NCBI GenBank assembly: GCA_964016885.1
Contig: OZ024746.1
Location: 25,668,001-25,732,000, forward strand
Direction of reading: 5' to 3'
DNA: 64,000 bases
DNA from: Eledone cirrhosa
Lineage: Eukaryota
Of this stretch, positions 13,601 through 26,098 are shown one piece after another. The notes beneath the pieces are model-generated. The model had not been told where the DNA came from, made no database searches, and worked only from the letters and a program-made list of their open reading frames with translations. Both the position numbers and the translations under genes were made by a program. Position 1 is the first letter of the stretch. Each line of letters begins with the position of its first letter.

Positions 13601-15374
13601 TTGGTGCATTAAAGTTGATACGATTCATTCCAGTGCACATGGGATACAACAAATCAGGGAGACACAGGACAAATTGTGCCTTTTGGTGAATTACACAAAT
13701 AAAGATGAAAAATAAAAGCAGAAAAATGCTACAAACCAATGTGCTTCAACTGAAAAGGAAGCAATAGAAACACAATGTATGCTGTAGCTTAGCCAAAAAA
13801 AGGAAAAAAATATATTGGATTACAGTCCTGCATACAAAGACAAAGAGAAGTGGCAGGGAGGCAGATAAAAGGAAGGATGAGAGGAAGATAAAGTCTATTT
13901 TTAAATTGGTGTTAAAAAGACCCATATTGAATAGGAATAAAAAAAGGGGGGGGGGTACACAAGATAAAGACAATAGAATATGAACAGTATATGTATGTTA
14001 AATATTTTGTTTCAATATATTTTTTTTCTTCCAACAGCCAGATTTTAGTTGTAAACCAATAAATACTGTCACAGAACTCAATAACTGGCTACGTTTTTAT
14101 GAGGCAAACTCACCATTGGTATGTCTTGGAGAACTTATTTCTCATGATCCGGTAAGTTTATTCTTTTACTGGTTTCAGTCATTAGACTGGTGTTTATTTT
14201 ATCAATGTCCTCTTGTCAAATTGCTAAGTTACAGGACATAAATACAAACATGGAAAATAGATGTTAAAATTACGATCATCATTGTTCAATGTCTAGTTTC
14301 CATGCTGGCATGGGTTGGACGGGTTGACATGTTCTGAGATAGGTAGATCAGATGATAATGTCATATATGTGTGTATATCTGGCTGACTGAATACACACAT
14401 GCTTTTTCTCAAAAAATATTTTTCCATTCCTTCCTCTTCTCACTCTAGCTTTCTATTTCATCTTTTATTTCTCATTCTATCTTCTGATGAAAGACTAGTG
14501 CCTGAAACCTAAAGACTCTTCTACTACTATATCAAATGTTAAGCTAATATATTTCTTCATTGACTATGTTGTTTGCTTTGCTATTTGCATACAATGATAT
14601 ATAAATATTGGTTTACAAAGCTAGTTGAAGAGAATTGTTACAGGTCTGGCTTTTATTTATATATATAATGGGCTTCTGCAGTTTCCATCTGCCAAATTCT
14701 ACTTACAAGACATTAAGTCAAACCAAGGTTCCATGCAATGGGAGTGAACTGAAAACTCCTTAACGACATGACCAAACCTGTATATGTTGTCACATTCTGA
14801 TATAATATGTTCAGAAATATTTGGGTTTTTTTTTAACAAGATTTTTATATATTTAATATATTGAATCTGTGGGCAGAACTTTACTAGTAACAAAGAAATT
14901 ATGTTTCTGTACTGTCTATACAAAAAAGATGTTGGTAACAGTGGTAATAGTGTTGTCACCACCACCACCACCACCAGCTGTGTCAAAGACATGACAATAT
15001 CTTTAGTGCTGTTCTCACAATAAAATGCACCAAGTGGTTGGTGATCAGAAAGGCATCCCACTTTAGAAACCATGCCAGTACTGACTTGGTTTGTGAAGAT
15101 CCATCCAACCCATTCAGCATGGAAGAATATATATTAAATAAGGATGATGATAGTGATAATAATGATGATGCCTCCTGTATTTTCACTGTTTCTTTTATAG
15201 GGCTTGGACTTAAGAGAGGAACACTTCCACTGCTTCAGTTCCCATGGACACGGTGGACATTATCATTATGATATCACCCCAGAACAAGTCAGTTACAGAG
15301 CATATTTTTCTGTGGCTAAAACACTCTATAGAATCGACAAGCCAGAACATCCACTAAATTTTGGTAAAGATTAA
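1605..15374 (+). CDS. C11orf54: C11orf54/PTD012 (DUF1907) Zn-dependent ester hydrolase / beta-keto-L-gulonate decarboxylase homologue, 9 coding exons, 310 aa
   Basis: Exons 1605-1668, 5837-5935, 9122-9195, 9411-9512, 10639-10707, 11244-11330, 12790-12939, 14038-14151, 15201-15374. All junctions are GT-AG and phases are consistent (933 nt). The translation contains family motifs VDCPDL, GICG..DVGGPPYLLP, FIGAGAGP, MANL..CEGKPGKVIE, LGGVF, HIMPDFS, WLRFYE and the Zn-site EHFHCFSSHGHGGHYHYD, and ends YRIDKP..FGKD*. Confidence 0.95.
2132..2275. repeat. Palindrome (about 55-bp near-perfect arms) next to (TA)n
   Basis: atatttattaaaataacagattaaagtttaagcaaagaatcgctgctttcac pairs with gtgaaagcagcgattctttgcttaaactttaatctgttattttaataaatat. 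Confidence 0.85.
2374..2626. repeat. Inverted repeat (about 100-bp arms) with outward-reading CTGATGA...GAAA...AATAAA cassettes
   Basis: tcatcag 2468-2474 and CTGATGA 2523-2529, GAAA 2558-2561; arms reverse-complementary; (TA)n on the left. Confidence 0.8.
3560..4086 (-). mobile_element. Internally deleted mariner (Mos1/Hsmar-like) transposase remnant
   Basis: SERIVRDWFAQFRSGEYSLEDRPRTGRP (HTH) fused to GWEGLLHPPYSTDLMPTDYHLF and FFASKPEEFYTDGI..LP. Confidence 0.88.
4087..4319. repeat. Two tandem copies of one palindromic element separated by (TA)n, with hammerhead-like arms
   Basis: Hairpins at 4087-4182 and 4192-4319 share gactagaactgtttcattc; minus strand reads CTGATGA-tttctcccgaat-GAAACAGTTC (tcatcag 4247-4253). 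Confidence 0.8.
4705..4865 (+). mobile_element. LINE 3' terminal fragment with (TAGA)n tail
   Basis: RRGRPRLTYVDALRTDTGL...MRDRDRWRE, typical of an RTE-like C-terminus. Confidence 0.6.
4960..4996 (-). ncRNA. Minimal hammerhead ribozyme motif (Penelope-derived remnant)
   Basis: Minus strand reads TCTT-CTGATGA-A-GGAC taggt GTCC-GAAA tg T-T-AAGA; near-palindromic stem III (ATGT, likely from ACGT). Confidence 0.7.
5837..5935 (+). CDS. C11orf54: C11orf54 exon 2 (VLSKGL...VDCPDLRQKPFQLAAEG)
   Basis: tttcag| ... |gtaaat, 99 nt. Confidence 0.93.
5985..6464 (+). repeat. Degenerate tandem repeat of about 110-120 bp (host of the LINE insertion), also at 20300-20550, 22920-23180(-), 40860-41070
   Basis: aatactgcaaattttcacaa..atctat..a.tagtaaagat.ctataaacatttgaattaacaaa...attacaggatgttaa. 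Confidence 0.75.
6465..9080 (+). mobile_element. CR1/L2-group LINE, 5'-truncated ORF2 (EN C-terminus + RT) with 3' UTR and (ATT)n tail, in C11orf54 intron 2
   Basis: PTRGDNTLDLIF..PLGDSDH (EN), VYLDFAKAF, SGVPQGSVLGPLLF, YADD, ERDLG, VRPHLEF..VQRRATK; frameshifts near 8020 and 8660; tail ends attattatt. Confidence 0.93.
9122..9195 (+). CDS. C11orf54: C11orf54 exon 3 (ICGNPCLADVGGPPYLLPTVNKEK)
   Basis: ttgcag| ... |gttggt, 74 nt. Confidence 0.93.
9411..9512 (+). CDS. C11orf54: C11orf54 exon 4 (IYNIK...FIGAGAGPAHMIDVNSE)
   Basis: ttacag| ... |gtaagt, 102 nt. Confidence 0.93.
10639..10707 (+). CDS. C11orf54: C11orf54 exon 5 (MMCNVNLNKPDGCQTYIAKVNPE)
   Basis: ttgtag| ... |gtgaga, 69 nt. Confidence 0.88.
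10826..11007 (+). repeat. 31-33-bp minisatellite, about 5.5 units, each with an internal hairpin
   Basis: GTCAACAG atgatataac(ac)a CTGTTGA aggaa. Confidence 0.9.
11244..11330 (+). CDS. C11orf54: C11orf54 exon 6 (NGCFIV...MANLLCCEGKPGK)
   Basis: tttcag| ... |gtaaca, 87 nt. Confidence 0.92.
12790..12939 (+). CDS. C11orf54: C11orf54 exon 7 (VIEIKASKRIG...KLHIM)
   Basis: tttcag| ... |gtaagt, 150 nt. Confidence 0.93.
13110..13490 (-). mobile_element. Degenerate RTE RT fragment
   Basis: GRSTIYALFLVRQLQ..KPLYLAFVVLEKAFNRVP, homologous to 57286-57430. Confidence 0.75.
14038..14151 (+). CDS. C11orf54: C11orf54 exon 8 (PDFSCKP...WLRFYE...ISHDP)
   Basis: caacag| ... |gtaagt, 114 nt. Confidence 0.93.
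14480..14515 (+). ncRNA. Degenerate hammerhead motif, same family as 4960-4996
   Basis: TCTT-CTGATGA-aagactagtgcct-GAAA-cc-TA-AAGA; flanks align with the 4900-5040 copy (tctcattct..., gttaa.ctaatatatt). Confidence 0.55.
15201..15374 (+). CDS. C11orf54: C11orf54 exon 9 (GLDLREEHFHCFS...GGHYHYD...FGKD*)
   Basis: ttatag| to TAA at 15372-15374; contains the His triad. Confidence 0.95.
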   Translation, partial: GLDLREEHFHCFSSHGHGGHYHYDITPEQVSYRAYFSVAKTLYRIDKPEHPLNFGKD

Positions 15375-15456
15375 TCTATGGAGAGGAACTGCAACTAAAA
15401 ATAGATGTGGCTGATGTTTTTATAATCAATGGAAACAGAAAAAGAATTTTCAATCA

Positions 15457-15481
15457 AATAAAGTTTGTAATTTATAATAAA
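15457..15481 (+). terminator. Candidate polyadenylation signals of C11orf54
   Basis: AATAAA at about 15457 and 15476, 80-100 nt after the stop; the AT-rich background makes this weak. Confidence 0.4.
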
Positions 15482-18027
15482 ATATAATATTTTATCAAAG
15501 AAATGTCAGTCTTGAAAGTTTCTTAAAGTGCTGCTGGCTGCTCTCCTTGGTAATGCCTTTGCCATTTTGTCCATGGGGCACAGCTCAGACATACTAATTT
15601 TGTGCTACATAGATAAAGTGACTTATACATTTATGTGTGGGAGTTAATTTAATAAAACCAGAGATAAATAATAGGTCAGAATTGAGATGGAATGGTTACT
15701 ATAACACTGCACATGCGCATACATTTTTCCAACTCATAGGCCAGTTAGGGAAGAAAACTGCCAAACATTGTATAGGAGTATGGTGGAGATATTCTATTCT
15801 ACAAGACGTAACCTGGTGCAGTCTACAGCTTTTTCCAAATGTGCCATAATAAAAAACAAAACATCAAAACTCAACCAACAATAGCAAATGTAACTGTACA
15901 AACTTGGCCTCTTGCATCATAAACCCAAACTGCCTAACTAAGGAGGTAGTGTATAAATGCTAAGTAATAAGAGCGGACTCTCCACAAAACATACTACATC
16001 AGCCAGTGCTAAAACGTTCAACATCAACTTAATATTAATAAATCCCTCCAGGTTTTTGCTTATTTTCAAAATTATTTGTAAAATCACAGGCAGTGTATTT
16101 CACTAGAAATATGGTAGCAAAAGGATTAAAAAAATAAACAAAAGTTTAAGAAGAAACTTCCTTTATTAGAAAAAAAATTAAAAATAAAACTGAATGCAAT
16201 TACATAAAATTGAAGAAAACAAAGTTACAAATAACAGAAGATTTGAGATATGTTTTAAGAGTAAAAATGCTCATTTTTTTTCATGTATATTTCTTATAAA
16301 AGAACTTTTATTTTTTTTCTACTAAAAAGAAACTTAAAATAATCCATAAGAACCTGAGTAATTTGTGATTGTGAAGATATTTTAACAAATCTAAAATTTA
16401 AAAAATAAATTATTTTACAATGTTGCAATCTGAACAGTAATGGTTTCTAATTTAGGCACAAAGCCAGTAATTTGGAAGGAGAGGGAAGCCGATTAAATTA
16501 GTATTTGACTGGTATTTTATATTTTATTGACCCACCCAGAAAGATGAAAGGTAAAGATGACAGTAGGATTTGAACACAGAATGTAAAGAGCTGTAACTAA
16601 ATACTGCAAAGTATTTGTCAGATACTCAAACGATTCTACCAATCCACGATCCTTTAATAATAATAATTTCTAATTTAAGCACAAGGCTAGCAATTTGGAA
16701 TCGAGTGGGAAATACATTAGATTGATCTCAATACTTGACAAGTTTGGCTCTACACATGACGATGGTTTGGGATCACTGGCTTAGGATGACCCTGGCCTCG
16801 TTGAACAAGAGTAAGATGAAGACTTGACAAGTTCTTTTTATTTTTACTTTAAAGGTTAAGTTGATCATGGCAGGATTTGAACTCAGAACATGTAAAGATG
16901 GAACAAATGCCACAAAGTATTTTGTCTGATGTTCTAACAATTCTGTCCATCCACCAGTCTTACACTCTGAATAATAAAACATTAAATTCAAATAAACTTT
17001 TTAAAAAATATATAACAATAAAGTAGTAATTTAAACTATGAGTGACTGGTAGCGTCATCTCTAATGATAGAGGTAGGTGTTAAACTGATCACATGATAAG
17101 AATGTTAATTGGTCAGCTTACTGTGTGGGCCTATAACACCAGGAACTTGGGCTTCAGAGGCAGAAGACACCACCATCAGTGGATTGATGGGGTTGCAGAT
17201 ATGCTCCACTCAGAGCATGACCCTAATACCAGCTTCATCTCACCACCACACAATCACAGCATAGTACTACTACATGCCTCACACCTTCCTACAGATCACC
17301 AGCCTCATTTCCCTGCAACACCTTGCCAGTAGAAGCACCTAAACCTCCCAAATAAAATTCTAATGATAACATTTCTGCTAAGTAATCCATTCACACATTT
17401 ATCCATTCTTTCATATTTAGTACTTTCTCTGTATTTGTGTGTGTGTGTGTGTGTGTGTTGGTTCCAGTTGTTTGAACAATGAAACAGCCTGCTCATAAAA
17501 TGAATATGCCAGTGGCTGAGCATTCCACAGACATGTGCACCCTTAATGTGATTCTCAGGAAGATTCAGCATGACACAGTGTGTGATAAGGCTGACCCTTT
17601 GAACTACAAGTACAACTCATTTTTGCCAACTGAGTGGACTAGAGTAACATGAAATAATGTGTCTGTCTTAAGGATACAATGCTCTACTAGGAATCATACT
17701 CATGACAGCCTTACAACCCAAAACCAAACAGTCTAACCACTAAGCCACATGCTTTCACAATACTTTATGCAGATTTAGAATTATATATATCTTGATTGGA
17801 ATGCTTTCAAGATGCTGTTTGCTGTAGTTGTTTTGTATGTCTGTTTCAAAACCGATGACACAGAGACAAAACTATTTGTACAACTTTCATAAAAATCATT
17901 TGCGTTTGTTAAATTTAAATTTCATTCTGATAAACTTACATCCAATTTCACAATGCTGATGAAAATAAAATAATAAAAACGAAGAGTTTAAACTCACAAA
18001 TTTCACTTCAACATGCTTGTAATACCT

Positions 18028-18902
18028 TAAATATCTACATCCTATATTAAATAAAATTGCTATTTGACATATTGTAATATCATATGTGTACATCCTATAT
18101 CAAACAACATAGCTACTTTACATAACTATGTAATATTCAAATATTTACACCTATACCAAATAATATAGCTATATTACATAAGGAAAAAAAATATATATAT
18201 ACATATATGGAAATTATTAAAAAAAAAAAAATGGTTCTTATATTAACTCTTTAGATACCACCGCTCCTGGTCCTATTATAAAATTCTTTATTTTAAACCT
18301 TCCATCATAATTTTATGCAAAAACCTTTAAGATATGTTCGAATCACCAACTTAATGAGAAGATTAGTTATATTACTAATTCTCTCCAAATTCTTCATTAA
18401 TTCCAATATAATTTGAAAATCGTAGGCAGTCTTTTTCGTTAGAAATATGGCAATGGAAGAGTGTTACAATGTAATATTATAAATATTATATAATATCTTA
18501 GATGCCTACATTCTATCTTAAATAACATCTGTTTTACATAATGTAATATCATAAATATTTAGATCCTATAACATATAATACACCAATGTAATACATAATC
18601 TAATATCATATATATTCACATCTTATATTACATGATGGAACTATTTTACATAATGTATATAATATCTTAGATATCTACACCTTATATCAAATAATATAGC
18701 TACTTTACATATTGTGATATAAATATCTACAACCTATATTAAATAACAGCTATTTTACATAATGTATATAATATCTTAGATATCTACTTTACATAATGTG
18801 ATATAAATATTTAAACCTGATATCCAATTACTTGGCTACTTTATATCATGTAATATTATACATATCTAAATCCTATATAAAACAACTATTTTACATAATA
18901 TA
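18028..18902 (+). repeat. Degenerate AT-rich tandem array (about 55 bp) split by a piggyBac-type MITE
   Basis: atatctacatcctatattaaataa.atagctattttacataatgtaatatc repeated at 18028-18180 and 18470-18900. Confidence 0.75.
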
Positions 18903-19861
18903 ATTTGTCTGTTCAGACTTAGCCCAGCAAATAAATAAATTTAAATAAATATAAATAATAATAATAATTTCGTAGTAGTAGTAGTAGTAGTAGTTAACAG
19001 ACTCACTTTTGTAAATTCTTATTATAATTAAAATTAAATTTTGCCTGAATTTCTGCAATGTGGAATAATTATAAACTGATTTCTTCTAACTAGTGTCATC
19101 ATGGTGGTTGTTCAACTCAGGACACTAGCCTGAATAATTCAGTTTATAATAATACAAATAATAGTGAAAATTAGTTAACTATGTAGCTCATATCTGAAGA
19201 TCTGTAATAGGGTTTTTAATTTATGCACAAGGCCAGCAATTCTGGGGAGAAGAATAAGTCATTGACCCCCATTGCTTGACTGGTACTTTATTTTATTGAG
19301 CCCTAGAAGGATGAAAGGAAAAGTTGCCCTTAGTGGGATTTAAATTCAAAACATAGAGGGTTGGGACAACTAGATGGTTTCTAATTTAGGCACAAAGCCA
19401 ACAATTTGGTGAGGAGGGGAAAGTCGATTACATCAACCCCAATATTCAACTGGTACTTTATTTTATTGACTCCTGAAAGCTTGAAAGGCAAAGTTGACCA
19501 CAGTGATATTTGAACTCAGAACGTAAAGGGTTACAAGTGAATGCTTCAAAGCATTTTGTCTGATGCTCTAACGATTCTGCCAACATGTAATATATGTCAC
19601 ATAAATCTAATAATGCTAAATCAATATTTTGTGTTTGAACCAGGAAAAAATTCTACAATAAATTAAACTAATTATCAAAAGTGGTATGGAGAAGAATATT
19701 TTCTATCTTAAAGTAAAAATTTACTAAGATAAGATTAAATATATTTTTCCAAAATGAATGTAATTTAGGTTTTGATAAAAAAATATAGCTTAACAGTTTT
19801 ATTTTTGATGAATAGAATTAGCATTATCACAGTTGAATGGAATTTCTTAATAATGTAAGTT

Positions 19862-19913
19862 TTACATCATCAGAGTTTTAAATGTGTTCAGTTCCTTTAT
19901 ACTTTCTGATAAT
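19862..19913 (-). CDS. ERO1: ERO1 exon 16 ([16 protein letters not shown])
   Basis: tttcag| to TAA at 19864-19862. Confidence 0.92.
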
Positions 19914-22900
19914 CTGAAAAATATATAGAGAAAGAAAAATAAACATTTGGGATTGCTGAAGATCGTCCTCATCATCAACAACAAGAAACATTCTAAGGCT
20001 GTTTTCCTTGCTAAAACAGGGGTTAGCCCTGCAGTCCCCACTTTTCCCTATCCTCTGAATGCCCACTTATGGATCCCCTGGCTTTCATTTCCTCCTATAT
20101 CATCTTTACCCATGTCTCTCTTGGTCTTCCTCGTCTTCTACTTCCTTCCACATTCATTTCCATCATTCCTCTCACCTGGTCATTTTCATCCTTCTTCAAC
20201 ACGACACAACCATTTATTTTCATTTTTCTTAACATTCATCAGTGGCTTTATTCTTCTCACCCAATCACTTTCATCATTCCTCAACATATGACCCAGTCAT
20301 CTAGTTTTAGATATTTTCTGCTAAATCTTTACAGAATATTAAGAGATAATGCTGTAAATTTTCTCAACAATGTCCACTAGTAAAGATACCATAAACATTT
20401 GAATTAATAAATCTATTTTTTAGATATTTTCTACTAAGTCACTGCTGGATGTTAAAAAATAATACTGCAAATTTTCATAAATCTAGGAAAGATATAAACA
20501 TTTGAAAAAAGATATTTTCTATTAAACTACTACAGAATGTTAAGAGTTAAGTAAAATCAGCTAATATAAAACTAGACACAAACCTTCCAAATGCATTTAT
20601 TAATGAAACTATTTCAATTCTTCGAAGCTGGAAATTATTCTTTTCATTAGCGTTCACAACTGAATGAGGTCCAATGGAATTACCGGAAAATAAAATTTTT
20701 AATGCAGTTCCCATTCCTTGAACCTAGGGAAATATAAAACATATATAACATATAGAGGTCTACATACAAATGAAGTATTTCTAAGACAACATTTCAAATC
20801 TCTGTTATTGTTATTTTAAGTATTCAATGTCAGATTTACATTGCTGTAGCTTTCTAGAACAAAACTGTTTTCTAAATATTTTAAATTGAAATCAACTTAC
20901 CTGTAATTTTCCCCACAATTTACATTTATCACAACCAACACAATCCATGATTCGAGATATATTTCGGAAATGAATTAGGAATTGAGCCTGAAAGAAGAAA
21001 ACAATACATACACTGATTTTTTTTCTTTTCCACAAATAGAAAAATATTTCTACCAAATAGATTTTATTTAATTATTTTTTCTCTTTCTTTTTAAGCAATG
21101 GTTACATAGAAGGTCTTGAGGGTGAATGGAGAGAGAGAGAGAGCGATGATTTTATGATCATGAAGAATGGGACAAAATCTCTTGAGAGAAATTATTATAC
21201 ATGTTTAGAACAAGGTCTTGTGATACATTATAGCTTAAAACAAAATATACATATAATATACAATGTATTTCAATGAGAATTTACATACATACACACACAC
21301 CAGAGACACATATACACATACACAGCCACATATGTACACACTCACATACCTCCCACCACACACAGAAACTAGAAAATTATTCCATACTTTAAGTTTTTTA
21401 GCTTGAATTGAATCTCCCTGGAACAATTTGCTCTCATCAAAATGATCATTGAAAGATCTGAAAACAAATTAATGGGATAAATATTACATTTCTGTTTAAT
21501 ATTGTTGACAGCTATGATTGTGTGGTTAAGGAATTCCCTTCATAACCTCGTGGTTTCAGGTACAGTCACACTGTGCAGCACTTTGCTATGTGAGTGAAAT
21601 TTGGTAGAAACTACAGAAGCCCATTGTGTGTGTGCAAGTATATACATATATATAAAATAGTAAACTACAAATTCCTTCTATGTAAAATAGGAATTTAGAT
21701 TGATACACAATAATTTTGACCTCGTTTTACCACAACTGCTAAATGAAAACGTGCGAAAAAACCTTTATCAGAGTGAATCCTTAAACAATAATTGTTTCTA
21801 CGTTAGGCACAAGGCCAGCAATTACCCAGTGCATTACTGGTACTTTATTGTATCGACCCCGTAAGGATGAAATCCTTAAACAATAATGTTATGGAAACAT
21901 CATTAGACGAATATCATATAATATAAAACCAGGCAGAATATCCATATACTACTAAAACCCTGTGATTGTGTGCTTTAATTATTTTTAAGTGAACATGATT
22001 TAAAAAAAATATTTTTAAGTGAACGTGACCCAATGAATCACAGGTGGTCTACTAGTATATGATAAATTCACAAGAATGAAGAAATTTAAGGTATTTTTTA
22101 GTCTTACATGTGTTTCAACAAGAAGAAATATGAAATATGATAATTGAAAGAATTTCATTTAAGCAGTATTATAATATATAGGAATAAATTCATATACTAA
22201 GATCTGACCTGGAGAGTATTGGCCTCCGCCAGGTTTAAAAATTCCTTAGAAAAAATGCTGTATCTCAATATGGCGCCCCTATGACACTCTCAGGATCATG
22301 CATGCACTAAGATCTAAGCATAAAATCGATTAATATACTTTCATATTTAATTTCATATCACTCTTGTGTCTTCAGAGATATCAAAATGTACAAAAGTTTA
22401 GGAAATCTACTGGAGAAAAACATCCGAGCACCACAACAGCTACTATGATAACTAAACGCCATGTTCATTTACATTTATATACAACATTCTGGATTAGTTT
22501 GCCCAAAGTTTAATTTCTGATTCCATAAGGATTACACCTTAGCTGAATAAATTTGTTCTCTTTACTGATTGTTGAACCATATTGAACTTGAAAATTGCTG
22601 GTAAAACTTTATTTATTTGATCTTTTAACATTTTACTCTTGTTACATATGTGTGTGTGTGTATGTGCATCTGTTTATGTCCTGTAAGTTAGTGGTTCAAC
22701 GAAAAAAAGATTGATCAATTAGGTACCCCAGACTTGAAAAATAAGTACTCAATAGGGTACCACTTGTTACCATCCTCATATTCTATTTCCCCTTTTTTTA
22801 AATAAGTCTTAACCCCAAAATATGAAATATAAGGTAAAAGTCTAAACTGTTAATTTATTTTGTTTGTCTTACTTTACTCAAGTTTTCACTCCTTTACTTC

Positions 22901-25900
22901 TAACTTGCATTGTATCTCAACTAATGGACAGATTGTTGTGAAAATTCGCAGTTAACTAAAGTAAAGATTAATTTTTAATGTGAAGTAGTCATAGTGCTGT
23001 TTTGTACTTTTCAAGAATATCTTGCTAATGTGGCTTGCTAATTCAAATATTTATAGTATCTTTACTAGTGGACAGATTGTTGTGAAACTTTGCAGTAAAC
23101 TAAATTCAGGATTTTAATTTTTAATGTCTGTCATGCAATCACAGTGATGTTTTGTATTTTATAAGAATAACTTGCTAATGTGGTTTTATGTGGTACAGGA
23201 TGTTAAGAATTGATAATAAATAACAACTAAACAGTAATGTTTATAGTTTTTCTGTTTAACTTACCTCACAGTATCTAGAAATATTTTCATGTCAGTTTTC
23301 ATTTTCACATCATTAGTTTCATTGCCTGTGTAGAATGATTCCTTGAAAGAAACAAAAATGTTAATGAAATAAATGACAGATGTCTTCCACTGACATTGCC
23401 TTATGACCATATGTGTGTGAAACGAAAAGAGAGAGAGAGAGAGAGAGAGAGTGTGTGTGTGTAAGAAACAGTATTTAATAATTTGCTTCAAACTAATTCT
23501 ACTGAAACAAAAAACTAATACCAAATATATTTCAATAAAAATGTAAACATTAGCTGACACCAAGCAACATATTTCCACAGAACTATAAATATTCACTGAT
23601 ACCAGACAACATATTTCCACAGAACTGTAAACATTAATTAAAGACAATTTACCATTTCTAAGTAAGGTGCAGCTTTTGCAATGGCTCGTAGTTCAACCAG
23701 ATAGGTAAAATATAGATTTTTCAACCATTGTGGGCCTTGTCCTGCAGTTGTATATGGGTCAAATCTTTGCTTGAATTCTTTCACATTCATTCCCCAGCTG
23801 CTCGGTTTATAAATAGTGTCTAAAAAATAATATTTAATTGACATTAAAATTCTTTATAAATATTAATTAACATTAGAATTTGTTCAATAATATTCAATTA
23901 ACATTAAAATTCGTTAAATAATTGTATGTTGCTTTCAGAAAAATGTTGAAATAATTCAGTAACAAATTTACAAGAAACAAGACTGATATTTATTTGTCAG
24001 ATTATGAAAATGAAAGCATGGCTGTGTGGTTAAGAAGCTTGCTTTACTACCATGTGGTTTCAGGTTCAATTCTATTTCATAGGTTTCTTGGGTGTGTTAA
24101 TGATGGGAGCCCCCAGTCATATTGTGTTGTTACACCACACACCTATATAGGTTTAGCTGACATCCTATGAGGTTGCATCTCATAGGATGTTTCTTAGGTG
24201 TTTTAATGAGAGGGACTCCAGTCTCCTCAAGAAAAGCAATAGGAAATGATGTGGCTTGCTCAAGAACACAATACAGCCTTGTCCAGGGATCAAACTCTGA
24301 CCTCTAGGTCACAAACCTTCCTCCCATAAATCTAGAGCCTGGTAGAAAAAAAAATAGTTCTCTATCAGTTTCAACAATGAATGTTCCAGTTGTTTGGTCA
24401 AAAGAATGGCCTATCATGTAAGTGGCTGAGTATTCCAGATATGTGTACCCATAACATAATTCTCAAGGAGATTCGGCATGATAGTAAGCAACAAGGCTGA
24501 CCTTTTGAATTCTATGTAAAATGCATCTGACAGGATAGGAAACAGTTTCTATCTACCCAATTTCACTTGGAAGGCTTGGATTAATGCAAGACTGTGGTAT
24601 ATAGCCCCTGTACTGGGTGCTACACAGTGGGGCTGAACCTCAAACCTCATGATTATGAAGCAAACTTCCTAATCATTCAGCTATGCTGTGTCCATAAAAT
24701 ATATGATCCCCAATAGTGTAACTGTGTGTGTGTGTATCAATGTAGACACAGATCAAAGATGGAGGACATATTAACCCTTTTGAAACCAAACCATTGTCTC
24801 TGGTTCTACAATATAAAATTGTTTATTTTCAAACTAAAAACCTTCTATCATAATTTTATGAAAATACTAATGTTTCAAACATTAGTTTAGTAATGAGAAA
24901 GTTAGTTATATTACTACATCCCTCGAAATTCTTGATTATTTGAAAATCATAGGCAATGTTTTTCATTAGAAATATGGTTACAAAAGTGTAAAAACATTTA
25001 CGACAAGAGAGCTACTACTATAGTGGACATCTTTTCCTTGCTAAACAAGATACTTTTGATACAAGTTAAAAGATAATTTTCAACAAGTAGTGGATTGTGA
25101 CAGAAAGCAGACTGAAATGAAAATTAAAATTATCTTCAAATTAGTGAAAATTGTGTAGGTACCTGGAAATAAGTATTTGGCAGACAAATGTAAGTTGATA
25201 CTTGTATGAAGTCCAGAAATCATGCGATAGAAAACCCTTTTCTCAAGACAGAACCCTAAAGAGAAAATTTAAAATAAAATATTTTAAAATTGTTGTTCAA
25301 ATAATGCAAAATATTTCAGAAGAAAAAAAAAAAATCAAAAAAAATCTGTATTTGTAATTTTAGACAAACTTAGAAACCTTTAAACAATGTATTCAATTTA
25401 AAAACATAGTTTTATTCATTGTTTAGCTTAATTTATTAATCAATCCAGGCCCTTTTCAAAGTAAATAATGTTGAAAGAAGTAGACAGATGGTACAGCACA
25501 TATTCTACGATACAAAGTTGTTTATTTTAACATGTTTATATTTATTTAAATCCATTTCATCATAATATTAGGTAAGTTATATTCCAAACACCAACTTAAT
25601 AATGAAAGAGTTAATTAAATATATTACCAAATCCAGTCTGAATTTTTGATTATTTTCAAAATTCTTTGAAAACCACAGGTAGAGTTTTCAGTAGAAATAT
25701 AGAAATGAAAGGGTTAACACTATTTACTTTGAAAAAGTTTGAAACTGTTAAAAATTAAATTAAAAAAAGAATAAAACCATGTTTTTACACCAAACACATT
25801 GTTTAAAGGTTTCCAGTTTGTCTAAAATTTCATTATATATTTTAATGCTTCAAGTTTACCTCAGAAATGTAAATCTCTGGATTTACCTAAGAAAATCTAG

Positions 25901-26059
25901 AATGTTCTCTTCAAAACTAAATTTTCTGAAATAATTGTAATTAACAATAACCTGATGGTATAAATCAACATTTTATTTATATTTAGAAATAAATAATGAT
26001 GGACAATAATGGAGTTGTTATTACAAAGGATTTTTTTTATCGATGAGAGTATGTATGTG

Positions 26060-26098
<39 letters not shown>

